From contig JAQVTI010000007.1 of NCBI GenBank assembly GCA_028700115.1, positions 7,690 through 39,689 of the forward strand: 32,000 bases of DNA, in the 5' to 3' direction. A model generated the notes under the pieces. That model was not told where the DNA came from and searched no databases. It saw nothing but the letters and a program-made list of their open reading frames with translations. The position numbers and the translations under genes are program-made. Source of the stretch: Candidatus Iainarchaeum sp. (GTDB lineage Archaea > Iainarchaeota > Iainarchaeia > Iainarchaeales > CSSED10-239). Positions 9,241 to 18,469 of this stretch are shown here, piece by piece (the stretch's first letter is position 1; every line of letters begins with the position of its first letter).

Positions 9241-10179
9241 TTATAACTTTAATTTATTAAAAAAATTAATAGATTGAGTTATATTTTCAGAAAAGGATTC
9301 ATTAAAACCAGGATCTATTAAATAAATTTTTTTAGTATTAATATTTATTAATACATTTTTAGGTAAAATATCAAATATATAATTATTATAAAAAGAATCT
9401 TTATTTTTAAAATATATATTTAAATTATATTTGACATTTTCAAAAATATTTTCTAAATCTTTTGAAATTTTATTAAATTCTGTTGAATTTATAATTTGTT
9501 TAGTTTTATTATATTCACTTATATAAAAACTTTTTAAATTTTGTAAATTACTATAATCTAAACAAATAAAATTAATAGCTTTATTTTTAAAAATCTTAAA
9601 ATAATTTGATGAAAAATATGCTAATTTTGGGGAAATAATATTTATTCCTTGACGTTCTAATAATTTTAATGCAACAAATTCTTCAAAACTTGGTAATTTA
9701 TAATTATTTCCTTGTTTAATATAAAATTTATGTATTTTATTTAATTTATCTTTAATTATTAAAAAAAATGAATTCTTTGTATTTAATGAATCTTCTTTTA
9801 ACTTATTTTTATAAGACATATTATATTTTGAAATTAAATAATTCCCTTTTGGATCTTTTATTTTTTTTAAAGAAGGATCTTTAATTAATTTTAAAAAAGA
9901 AGAAATTATACCTTTATTTTCTGAAAGTAATTTCTTAAAAGATAAATCATATGCTAATGCTTTTATTGCATGTCCTTTTGCATAATAATCTTTTTTAATT
10001 TTTTTTTCATAAATATAAGCATTATATTTTAAATTAAGATTATTAAATTCTTTTGAATAATATATTCTTTTTAAATCTAATTCATTAGGTAGATTAACAA
10101 AACTTATTAATTTAGTATTTCTTTTTTTAATTGTTTCTTTAATAATTTTATTTTTTCTAAATAAATTCATTATAATCAT
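9241..10179 (-). CDS. protein-kinase-like (PKL) fold protein, paralog A
   Basis: 312 aa. Ordered landmarks: KFYIKQ (beta3 Lys), SFEEF (alphaC Glu), FICLDY (hinge), DILPKNVLI (catalytic loop D..N), YLIDPG (DFG position). It shares a near-identical 43-aa block with paralog B. The start may be Met4. Confidence 0.6.
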   Translation of the reverse strand: MIIMNLFRKNKIIKETIKKRNTKLISFVNLPNELDLKRIYYSKEFNNLNLKYNAYIYEKKIKKDYYAKGHAIKALAYDLSFKKLLSENKGIISSFLKLIKDPSLKKIKDPKGNYLISKYNMSYKNKLKEDSLNTKNSFFLIIKDKLNKIHKFYIKQGNNYKLPSFEEFVALKLLERQGINIISPKLAYFSSNYFKIFKNKAINFICLDYSNLQNLKSFYISEYNKTKQIINSTEFNKISKDLENIFENVKYNLNIYFKNKDSFYNNYIFDILPKNVLININTKKIYLIDPGFNESFSENITQSINFFNKLKL

Positions 10180-10180
10180 T

Positions 10181-11098
10181 TTATAATTCTAATTTTTTAA
10201 AAAAATTAATTGCATTAATTGGATTAATTTGTAAATTTGACGAAAGTACAGGATCAATTAAATATATTTTTTTTGTATATATATTAATTAACGTATTTTT
10301 TGGATGAATATCTTTAATATATGATTTTGATTTTTCATCAATTTTACTATTTTCAACCATTTTTGAAATTTTAAAAATATTATTTACTATATTATTATAT
10401 TCTTTAAAAGACAATATATTTTTATTAGTATTATATTTACTATTAAAAAAACTATTTAAACTATGTAAATTTGTATAATCCAAACAAATAAAATTTTTAT
10501 AATCTCCATGATTCATAATACCAGAAACATTTCTAGAAAAATATGCTAATTTTGGAGATATAATATCAAATCCAATAGATTCTAAAAATTTTAAACATAT
10601 AAATTCTTCAAAACTTGGGGGGGATGTATCAAATCTTGCTTGTTTAATATAAAATTTATTAATTTTATTAGATTTATCTTTAATTAAAAGAAAATAAGAA
10701 CATCCTGTATTTAATGAGTTTTCTGATTTAAATTTATCAATAGATTTTAATGATTTTGAAATTAAATAATTACCTTTTGGATCTTTTATTTTTTTTAAAG
10801 AAGGATCTTTAATTAATTTTAAAAAAGAAGAAATTATACCTTTATTTTCTGAAAGCAATTTTTTAAAAGATAAATCATATGCTAAAGATTTTGTTCTAAA
10901 TTGTCTAAAATTAAAAGGGTATGCAGTTTTAGAATATTCTTTTTTAAAAGTATTATAATTTATTTTAAAATCTTTAAATTCTTTAAAAAAATTAACTTCA
11001 AAAATTCTTCTTAAAGGCATATCTTTATAAATTTTATAAGATAATAAATCTCTTTTTTTATTTATTAATTTTTTACCTATAGGACTATTAATTGGCAT
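10181..11098 (-). CDS. protein-kinase-like (PKL) fold protein, paralog B
   Basis: 305 aa. KFYIKQ, SFEEF, FICLDY, DIHPKNTLI (compare HGDLHPGN of small-molecule/atypical kinases) and YLIDPV are present. The stop is 1 nt from the paralog A start. Confidence 0.6.
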   Translation of the reverse strand: MPINSPIGKKLINKKRDLLSYKIYKDMPLRRIFEVNFFKEFKDFKINYNTFKKEYSKTAYPFNFRQFRTKSLAYDLSFKKLLSENKGIISSFLKLIKDPSLKKIKDPKGNYLISKSLKSIDKFKSENSLNTGCSYFLLIKDKSNKINKFYIKQARFDTSPPSFEEFICLKFLESIGFDIISPKLAYFSRNVSGIMNHGDYKNFICLDYTNLHSLNSFFNSKYNTNKNILSFKEYNNIVNNIFKISKMVENSKIDEKSKSYIKDIHPKNTLINIYTKKIYLIDPVLSSNLQINPINAINFFKKLEL

Positions 11099-11236
11099 AA
11101 ATAAATTTACATAAGAATGTTTTTAAAATAATTTATTATTTTATATATTAATATAATAATCATAATTTATTTAATTAAATTATATTTATTATTTATTTTT
11201 AAAAATAAATTTTAATTTTATTAAAAAAATAAATTT

Positions 11237-12283
11237 TTAGTCAACAAATATTATTTCAGGTTTTTCTAAATCAAATAAATCTGTTGAATAAATATAAGCT
11301 CCTGCATTTATAAAAAAAATTTTATCCCCAATCTTTGGTAAATTGCCTTCCTTAAAATAAACTCTATATCTAAAAATATCCTCAGAAGCAGGAGTTAATC
11401 CTTTTATAACATAAGATTTACCTTTTTCTTCTAAATCTTCATTTTCTACTAATAATTTAATATTTGTTACAATTGTATCCATTGAACAATTATATACAGA
11501 TGCATCTATAAATAAATTATTTGAAACTATATTTTTTATAGTTGCAATTAGTTTACCACAAGGAGCAGCAATAGCTCTTCCAGGCTCAATAATTAATTTA
11601 ATATTTAAATTATTAAAATATGTTTTAATATCAATAATTTTTTTATAAATAGATTCAATTGCAGAAGGTGAAATGTTTTTATAATCAACAGGAATTCCTC
11701 CTCCAATATCTAAATAACTAATAGCTTCTAATGTTTCTGGCAGAAGAGAATCTGTTATTTCTCTAATTATTGACCATTCAGATAAATTTTGTGTTTTTCT
11801 ATGAAAATGAACTCCAAGAGAAGATATATTTAAATTATTTTTAAGTTTAAAAATATATTCATTAATCTCAGTTGAAAAAAATCCATAAACAAAATACCTA
11901 CCTGTTGAGACAGTGTATTCTTTAAGTCTCATTCTTAAAAATAAATTCACTTTTTTATTATTTTTTTTAATATATTCTAAAAAAAAATCTAAATCTTTTG
12001 AATTATCAATTATAAAATTTATAATACCTTTTTTAAAAATTAAATTTAATTCTTCATAATCAGGACAATGAAGCATAAAATAAATTTTTAGATTATTTTT
12101 TATATATTTAAATTCATTAACATGATGTATTAAAAATCTAGAAGAAGTATTTTCTTCTAAAATATTTGTAATATATGGATTAGACTTTACACTATATGAA
12201 ACAATATCTGTAATCTTTTCTAAATTTTTATAAGATTCTAAAACTTTTTCTTTTGAAATTTCAAATCTTGCTTTTGAAAACAT
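11237..12283 (-). CDS. PLP-dependent decarboxylase, Orn/DAP/Arg decarboxylase family (fold type III); arginine or ornithine decarboxylase by context
   Basis: 348 aa. YSVKSNP (PLP-lysine motif, compare YAVKCN), DIGGGIPV (Gly-rich phosphate loop) and EPGRAI are present. A 4-nt gap separates it from the dys stop. Confidence 0.8.
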   Translation of the reverse strand: MFSKARFEISKEKVLESYKNLEKITDIVSYSVKSNPYITNILEENTSSRFLIHHVNEFKYIKNNLKIYFMLHCPDYEELNLIFKKGIINFIIDNSKDLDFFLEYIKKNNKKVNLFLRMRLKEYTVSTGRYFVYGFFSTEINEYIFKLKNNLNISSLGVHFHRKTQNLSEWSIIREITDSLLPETLEAISYLDIGGGIPVDYKNISPSAIESIYKKIIDIKTYFNNLNIKLIIEPGRAIAAPCGKLIATIKNIVSNNLFIDASVYNCSMDTIVTNIKLLVENEDLEEKGKSYVIKGLTPASEDIFRYRVYFKEGNLPKIGDKIFFINAGAYIYSTDLFDLEKPEIIFVD

Positions 12284-12287
12284 AATT

Positions 12288-13238
12288 TTATCCCTTATAA
12301 TTTTTTAAAAGACCATCTTCTTTTAAAGTTTCAATTGCAGAAATTAAAGCAAGTGGATATGTGATAGTAACATCTCCTATTACAGTCACAGCATCTGCTT
12401 CATCTTTTATTTTCCCCCAAGATTTAGCTTCATCTGTTGTTGCTCCTGATAAAGAACCAGATCTAGGAGAAGCTGTTGTCATATAAAGTGCATAATCAGC
12501 TCCACCATTAATTAAAGTTGTAAGAATAACATGCTGTTTAGAAACACCACCACCTAAAGCAATTATTCCTTTTTTTTCATCATGACTTGTTGAAAAAATA
12601 ATATTTTTAAAATCATCAATAATATCTACTTGAAAATCAGGATGATCTTGCTTAAATAAAAATAAATGAAAACCCATAGATCCATCTGTAATTGCAGGAC
12701 AAAAAATAGGAACATTATTTTTAGCTGCTTGATATAAAATTGAATTTTCATCATTTAATTTAAGCCCAATTTCTTTTAACATTTCTGAAATAGTCCAAGA
12801 TTTTTTAAGATTATATAATTCTAATAATATATCTTGTAATTTTGCTTCTAATGATGAATAATTTTTACTAGTAATATATATATTCCCAACTCTATTTTGA
12901 CCTCTTTCATAAAGTTCTTGATCATTTGAAGAAAATGATCCTAAAATAAATTTATCTCCAAAAGCTTTCATAATATCTTCTTCAATAGAACCTACAGTTG
13001 TAACAATTATATCACAAAGTCCAAGCTTAATATTTTGTGCAAAAAATCCTCTAAGTCCAGAAGTAACCATATTTGATGTAAATGACAAATATATTTTTGC
13101 ACCATTTTTTTTCATTTTAATAATTAAATCTGAAGCTTTTTTTAATTCATAAGATTGAAAACCGATAGATCCATAAGCATTAACTAAATCTTTAACATTT
13201 AGATTTTCTTTCCAAATAAAATCTTCTGTATATTGCAT
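12288..13238 (-). CDS. dys: deoxyhypusine synthase
   Basis: 316 aa. GGGVSKQH and the catalytic-lysine motif KSWGKI are present, with overall DHS-like length and layout. Confidence 0.9.
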   Translation of the reverse strand: MQYTEDFIWKENLNVKDLVNAYGSIGFQSYELKKASDLIIKMKKNGAKIYLSFTSNMVTSGLRGFFAQNIKLGLCDIIVTTVGSIEEDIMKAFGDKFILGSFSSNDQELYERGQNRVGNIYITSKNYSSLEAKLQDILLELYNLKKSWTISEMLKEIGLKLNDENSILYQAAKNNVPIFCPAITDGSMGFHLFLFKQDHPDFQVDIIDDFKNIIFSTSHDEKKGIIALGGGVSKQHVILTTLINGGADYALYMTTASPRSGSLSGATTDEAKSWGKIKDEADAVTVIGDVTITYPLALISAIETLKEDGLLKNYKG

Positions 13239-13397
13239 ATTTTATCAAATTTTTAATTTTTTAAAAAATTTATATTAATTTTATTAAAAAAACATAAATT
13301 AAAAACAATTATAAATAAGTTTTACTAATATATATTTATAGAATACATTTACTTTTAAATATATATGTAAATTGAGGTTTTTTAATTAAAATATTTT

Positions 13398-13820
13398 ATG
13401 GATACAAAAATTTGTGTAGGTGCAATAATTTATAATGACAAAAAAGAAATATTTCTAATGACTTCTATTAAATGGAAAGGTTATATTGTTCCAGGTGGAG
13501 AAATATTAAATAATGAAACAGAAATAAATGCATTAAAAAGAACTATTTTTAAAAAACTTGGAATAGAAATTGAAAATATCCAAAAAATAGGAGAAAAAAT
13601 TAAGCAACCAAGTTCTGATTTTATTAAAAATAATTCTTTAAGATTTAAGTTTATTGACTTTTTTGCAAAAGCAAAATCTAATGATATTGAGATAAATAAA
13701 GATATTAAAACATATAATTGGTTTAATATAGATTATGCTTTAAAAAATTTAGAATTATTAGATACAACTAGAGAATTTATTGAAACATTTAAATTATATC
13801 TTAGTGCAGAATTAATTTAA
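13398..13820 (+). CDS. Nudix-fold protein with degenerate catalytic box
   Basis: 140 aa. GEILNNETEINALKRTIFKKLGI aligns to the Nudix box GX5EX7REUXEEXGU, but REUXEE is replaced by RTIFKK. Confidence 0.6.
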   Translation: MDTKICVGAIIYNDKKEIFLMTSIKWKGYIVPGGEILNNETEINALKRTIFKKLGIEIENIQKIGEKIKQPSSDFIKNNSLRFKFIDFFAKAKSNDIEINKDIKTYNWFNIDYALKNLELLDTTREFIETFKLYLSAELI

Positions 13821-13843
13821 AAAAATATAATTTATAAAAAAAA

Positions 13844-14446
13844 TTAATCAAAAGTAGAAAAAGAAAGATCTAATTTTTTATTTGATAAAAAAAAATCTAA
13901 AATTTGTATTTCATCTTGTATACCATTATTATGCATGATTGCTTGAAATTTTAGAAATAAATTATTTGTTGCAAGAACATCAGACATTGCTCTATGTGCA
14001 TTTTTATTTTCTATATTAAAATAATTACATAATGAATTAAGTCTACAACTAACTATTTTAGGGAATATTTTTTTTGCAAGTTTATATGTACAAAGTGTTT
14101 TATTATCTATTTCTAAATTTAAATATTTATTTAAATTATTTTTCAAAAAAGAATAATCAAAATTTATATTATGCCCAACAATAATAGAATCTTTTAAAAA
14201 ATTATTTAAATCTGGTAAAACTTTATCAATTGTTTTTTGTCTATAAACCATTGAATCTGTAATTCCTGTAATTTCAGTAATTTGTACCGGAATTGGTATT
14301 TCTGGATTTACTAAACATTCAAATTTATCTATAATTTTATTATTTTTAACTTTAATTGCAGCAATTTCTGTAATTTTATCTTTTTGAGGAGAAAGACCTG
14401 TTGTCTCTAAATCTATTACTGTATATTTTTCTAGCATAAATACCAT
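13844..14446 (-). CDS. DEDDh 3'-5' exonuclease (DnaQ/epsilon-like)
   Basis: 200 aa. Exo I is VIDLETTGL, Exo II is VGHNINFDYSFL and Exo III is HRAMSDV. Confidence 0.8.
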   Translation of the reverse strand: MVFMLEKYTVIDLETTGLSPQKDKITEIAAIKVKNNKIIDKFECLVNPEIPIPVQITEITGITDSMVYRQKTIDKVLPDLNNFLKDSIIVGHNINFDYSFLKNNLNKYLNLEIDNKTLCTYKLAKKIFPKIVSCRLNSLCNYFNIENKNAHRAMSDVLATNNLFLKFQAIMHNNGIQDEIQILDFFLSNKKLDLSFSTFD

Positions 14447-14584
14447 ACTTTATATAAATATTTAAAAAAAGTATAATTTTAAATAAAATATTTATTTTAA
14501 AAAATGTAGTTGAAAATATTTAAAAAGAGAATGATTTAAAATACAAATAATTTATTTTAAAAATATTTGAAAAGAAAAAAAGAA

Positions 14585-14609
14585 AAAGATACTTTTTAAA
14601 AGTATCTTT
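14585..14609 (-). terminator. palindromic hairpin plus T-run downstream of ftsZ
   Basis: AAAGATACTTTTTAAAAGTATCTTT forms a 9-10 bp stem. It lies 32 nt past the ftsZ stop and is followed on the minus strand by TTTTCTTTTTTTC. Terminator function is inferred. Confidence 0.35.
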
Positions 14610-14640
14610 ATTTTTAATATTATTTATGTTTAATAGAAAT

Positions 14641-15750
14641 CTATAAAATATCTAAACCATAATTATCATCATAAGATTTAGAAAATTTTTGCCCAGAATT
14701 TTTTCCAGTAAACATTTTACTTCCTTTTATAAATGGAGATTTTACCCCAGTAAATATAGCAATTACTTCAATTTTATTTTCAAAAGTAGGATCTATTCTA
14801 GCACCCCAAATAACAGCAGCATTTGCATCTATATTTTCAGTTAATAATTCTCCAACACTATTTGCTTCTCCTAAAGTTAATTCAGTTCCGCCAGTAATAT
14901 GTATTAAACACCCAGTAGCCCCATTAATATCAACATCTAAAAGAGCATTTTTTAAAGTATCTTCAACAACTTCTTCAACTTTATTTACTGATTGTGATTC
15001 TCCAACTGCAATAACAGAAAGACCTTTTCCACCCATAACTGTTCTAATATCTGCATAATCTAAATTAATTAATGAAGGCTGTGTAATTGTTTCTGTTATT
15101 CCTCTAACTGTTCTTGCAATAACTTCATCTGCTACTTTAAAAGCATCTTGCATTGGTAAATTTGGAACTAATTCAACAAGTCTGTTATTATCAATTACAA
15201 CAACTGTATCACATACATCTTTCATTACATCAATTCCTTCTTCTGCTTTAATTAATCTTGCTCTTTCAAGTGCAAAAGGATATGTTACTATTGCAATAAC
15301 AATTGCTCCTTGTGATTTTGCAATTTGTGCAACAACAGGAGCTGCTCCAGTTCCAGTTCCTCCACCCATTCCAGCTGTTATAAAAAGCATATCTACTCCA
15401 TCTAAAACTTCTTCTAAAGCTCCTTTAGAAACTTCAGCAGCTTTTGCTCCAATTTCAGGATATGCTCCTGCTCCAAGTCCATTAGTTACAGACTTTCCAA
15501 TTAATAATTTTGTAATATCATCTGAAATAATCCCTAAATGTTGTCTATCTGTGTTAATTGCAACTAATTGTGCTCCAGAAACACCCATAGAACATATTCT
15601 ATTTACAGAATTATTTCCTGCCCCACCAATTCCAATAACCATAATTTTTGGTGCTGCAAATTCAGATTCTTTAAAAGTTTGTTCTTCTGAAGAACTTCTT
15701 TTATGTTCAACAGCATTTTCAACAATAGATCTCAAAAGACCACCCCACAT
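14641..15750 (-). CDS. ftsZ: cell division protein FtsZ
   Basis: 369 aa. GIGGAGNN and the tubulin signature GGGTGTGAAPV are present. Confidence 0.95.
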   Translation of the reverse strand: MWGGLLRSIVENAVEHKRSSSEEQTFKESEFAAPKIMVIGIGGAGNNSVNRICSMGVSGAQLVAINTDRQHLGIISDDITKLLIGKSVTNGLGAGAYPEIGAKAAEVSKGALEEVLDGVDMLFITAGMGGGTGTGAAPVVAQIAKSQGAIVIAIVTYPFALERARLIKAEEGIDVMKDVCDTVVVIDNNRLVELVPNLPMQDAFKVADEVIARTVRGITETITQPSLINLDYADIRTVMGGKGLSVIAVGESQSVNKVEEVVEDTLKNALLDVDINGATGCLIHITGGTELTLGEANSVGELLTENIDANAAVIWGARIDPTFENKIEVIAIFTGVKSPFIKGSKMFTGKNSGQKFSKSYDDNYGLDIL

Positions 15751-15876
15751 TTTTATAATTAATATTATTTATTTTTAAAAGGTTTAAATAAGAAAATAAC
15801 CTCAAAATACATTTTTTTTTAGAAATAAATAGATTTAAACATTTATTTCAATGTTATATATATAATACAAAGGCTT

Positions 15877-15884
15877 TTTAAATA
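15877..15884 (+). promoter_or_regulatory. candidate TATA box for the SRP RNA gene
   Basis: TTTAAATA matches the archaeal TATA consensus TTTAWATA. It lies ~20-25 nt upstream of the predicted SRP RNA 5' end. Confidence 0.45.
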
Positions 15885-15902
15885 TATCGTATATTAAAGT
15901 AC

Positions 15903-16181
15903 TTGTACAGGCTATCTGGGGGGTTTGTAGTCCCTTATTATACCGGAAACCTACACATGCCGGAGAGAAGTTGTTTGAAGGGAAATAAGCAATAAAATAT
16001 AACTTTATAAAATTGCTGAAAGTTCGTCCATTAAGATCGAATATTTAACTAATCCTGTCAGATCCGGAAGGAAGCAGCAGTAAATTAAATATTTGATGCT
16101 TTTTGGGGTTGCGGGCTGGAGATTTTATAATAGTTTTTATTTTATTGGACTGTTTTTCGACATTCAACACGCCTGTACAAT
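15903..16181 (+). ncRNA. signal recognition particle RNA (archaeal 7S RNA)
   Basis: CCTGTCAGATCCGGAAGGAAGCAGCAG is the conserved helix-8 GGAA tetraloop/SRP54-binding motif. The 5' CTTGTACAGGC (15903-15912) pairs with the 3' GCCTGTACAA (16171-16180) to close the molecule. At ~280 nt it is a GC-rich island with no ORF. Confidence 0.8.
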
Positions 16182-16487
16182 TAATATATTCTATTTTTAT
16201 ATTATAAAATTAATTATAATAATTCTAATCAAATAATAAAAAATATATTAATATAAGTTAACAACTCAAATAAATTTACAAAAAGTGTTATAATACCTCA
16301 TTATTTTAAAAAAAATGTTTAAATACATCTAAATTTAAAAATACCCCAAAATAAAACTATTTATGTTTTAATTTTAAATATTTTTTATAAATATAATAGA
16401 ATTTTTAAATATTATTATATATATTATAATAAAACAATACAAATATATTAACCAAAATAAAAAAAATACAAACAGGAGTTGTATAAA

Positions 16488-18410
16488 ATGTTAAAACAAA
16501 AAATAAAAATAAAATTTCCAGATAATTCAATTAGAGAAATTGAATCTGGAAAAACAGCTGAAGATATAATAAAGGAAGAAATTGGAGAAAGTTTACTTCA
16601 AGTAGCAATAGCTGTACAAATAAATAATGATATTAAAGATATAACAACTCCTATAACGAATAATTGTAATTTTAAAGTATTAACTTTTAAAGATAAAGAA
16701 GGAAAAGAAATTTTTTGGCATTCATCATCACACATTTTAGCACTTGCAGTAAAAAGATTATTTCCAGAAGTTAAATTAACAATAGGTCCAGCAATTGAAA
16801 ATGGTTTTTATTATGATTTTGATATAGAAAAAGCATTCTCTGAAGAAGATTTACAAAAAATAGAATTAGAAGCAAAAAAAATAATTAAAGAAAAATTAGT
16901 TTTTAAAAGAATTGAAGTAAATCTAAATGAAGCTAAAGAAAAAGCAAAAAATGAACCTTATAAATTAGAATTAATAAATGAAATAGAAAGTAAAGATGAA
17001 AAAATTAGTTTTTATTATCTAGGAGATGAATTTATTGATCTTTGTAAAGGACCACATATTAAACATTCAGGAAAAATAAAAAGTTTTAAAATTCTTAAAA
17101 ATTCAGGTGCATATTGGAGAGGAAATTCAGAAAACAAACAACTTCAAAGAATTTATGGGATTTCTTTTTCAACAAAAGAAGAAATGCAAAAATATCTTAT
17201 AATATTAGATGAAGCTACAAAAAGAGATCATAGAAAAATTGGAAAAGAACTTGATCTATATTCATTTCATGAAGAAGCTCCTGGTATGCCTTTTTTCCAT
17301 GATAAAGGATCTTTTATTTGGGATAAATTAGTTGAATATGTTTCTGAAATAATGTTTAAAAGAAATTATGAAATAAATAAAACCCCAATTATTTTAAATA
17401 AAAATTTATGGCTTCAGTCAGGTCATTGGGATCATTATCAAAATAATATGTATTTTACAAAAATAGATAAACAAGATTTTGCAGTAAAACCAATGAATTG
17501 CCCAGGAAATATATTAATTTATAAATCACATCAATATTCTTATAAAGATTTACCTATAAGAGCAGGAGAATTTGGTTTAGTTCATAGACATGAACTTTCT
17601 GGAGCTCTTTCTGGTTTATTTAGAGTAAGAGCATTTACTCAAGATGATGCCCATGTTTTTTGTACAGAAGAACAAATAAAAGATGAAGTTAAAGATTTAA
17701 TTGACTTTATGGATGAAGTATATAAAAAATTTGGATTTGAATATTCAATGGAACTTTCAACAAAACCAGAAAAAGCAATGGGTTCTGAAAAATTATGGGA
17801 ACTTGCAGAAAAAACTTTAAAAGAAGTTTTAGATGAAACTAAAAAAGAATATAAATTAAATCCTGGAGATGGAGCTTTTTATGGACCAAAAATAGATTTC
17901 CATCTAAAAGATGCAATCGGTAGAACATGGCAATGTGGAACTATACAATTAGATTTTCAAATGCCAGAAAAATTTGATTTAACTTATGAATCTAGAAATA
18001 ATGAAAAAAAAAGACCTGTTATGCTTCATAGAGCAGTTTTAGGAAGTGTAGAAAGATTTATGGGTATTTTAGTAGAACATTTTGAAGGTAAATTTCCATT
18101 ATGGATATCTCCTCTTCAAATAGCAATCTTACCAATTGCAGATAGACATTTAGATTATTCTAAAAAAATTGCAAAACAATTAAAAGAAAAAGGCTTTAGA
18201 ATAGAAATAAATGATAAAGCAGAGACAATGAATAAAAAAATAAGAAATGCACAAATTAAAAAAATAAATTATATCCTAGTTATAGGAGATAAAGAAGAAC
18301 AAAATCAAACAGTAAATATAAGAACAAGAGATGAAAAAATAATTGGAGAAAAATCAATTAATAATTTTATAAATGAACTTATAGAAGAAATTAAAGAAAA
18401 AAAATTATAA
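16488..18410 (+). CDS. thrS: threonyl-tRNA synthetase, bacterial/eukaryal-type architecture (TGS, N2 editing domain, class II core, anticodon-binding domain)
   Basis: WHSSSHILALAVKRLFPEVKLTIGPAIENGFYYDFD matches the E. coli ThrRS editing-domain block. FRVRAFTQDDAHVF is motif 2 and GAFYGPKIDF is motif 3. ATG 16488 is preferred over the track's TTG 16479 because CAGGAG sits ~10 nt upstream of it. Confidence 0.95.
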   Translation: MLKQKIKIKFPDNSIREIESGKTAEDIIKEEIGESLLQVAIAVQINNDIKDITTPITNNCNFKVLTFKDKEGKEIFWHSSSHILALAVKRLFPEVKLTIGPAIENGFYYDFDIEKAFSEEDLQKIELEAKKIIKEKLVFKRIEVNLNEAKEKAKNEPYKLELINEIESKDEKISFYYLGDEFIDLCKGPHIKHSGKIKSFKILKNSGAYWRGNSENKQLQRIYGISFSTKEEMQKYLIILDEATKRDHRKIGKELDLYSFHEEAPGMPFFHDKGSFIWDKLVEYVSEIMFKRNYEINKTPIILNKNLWLQSGHWDHYQNNMYFTKIDKQDFAVKPMNCPGNILIYKSHQYSYKDLPIRAGEFGLVHRHELSGALSGLFRVRAFTQDDAHVFCTEEQIKDEVKDLIDFMDEVYKKFGFEYSMELSTKPEKAMGSEKLWELAEKTLKEVLDETKKEYKLNPGDGAFYGPKIDFHLKDAIGRTWQCGTIQLDFQMPEKFDLTYESRNNEKKRPVMLHRAVLGSVERFMGILVEHFEGKFPLWISPLQIAILPIADRHLDYSKKIAKQLKEKGFRIEINDKAETMNKKIRNAQIKKINYILVIGDKEEQNQTVNIRTRDEKIIGEKSINNFINELIEEIKEKKL

Positions 18411-18469
18411 ATTTATAAGCATTTTATAAATAATATTTTTTCTTATTTTTTATTTTATTATTTATTTTT

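Noticed and set aside
15551-15778. Track ORF, 75 aa, plus strand
   Set aside because: It is antisense to the highly conserved 5' part of ftsZ. It is a shadow ORF.
16479-16487. TTG start for thrS, as in the ORF track
   Set aside because: ATG at 16488 lies ~10 nt downstream of a CAGGAG RBS. The three extra N-terminal residues have no support.
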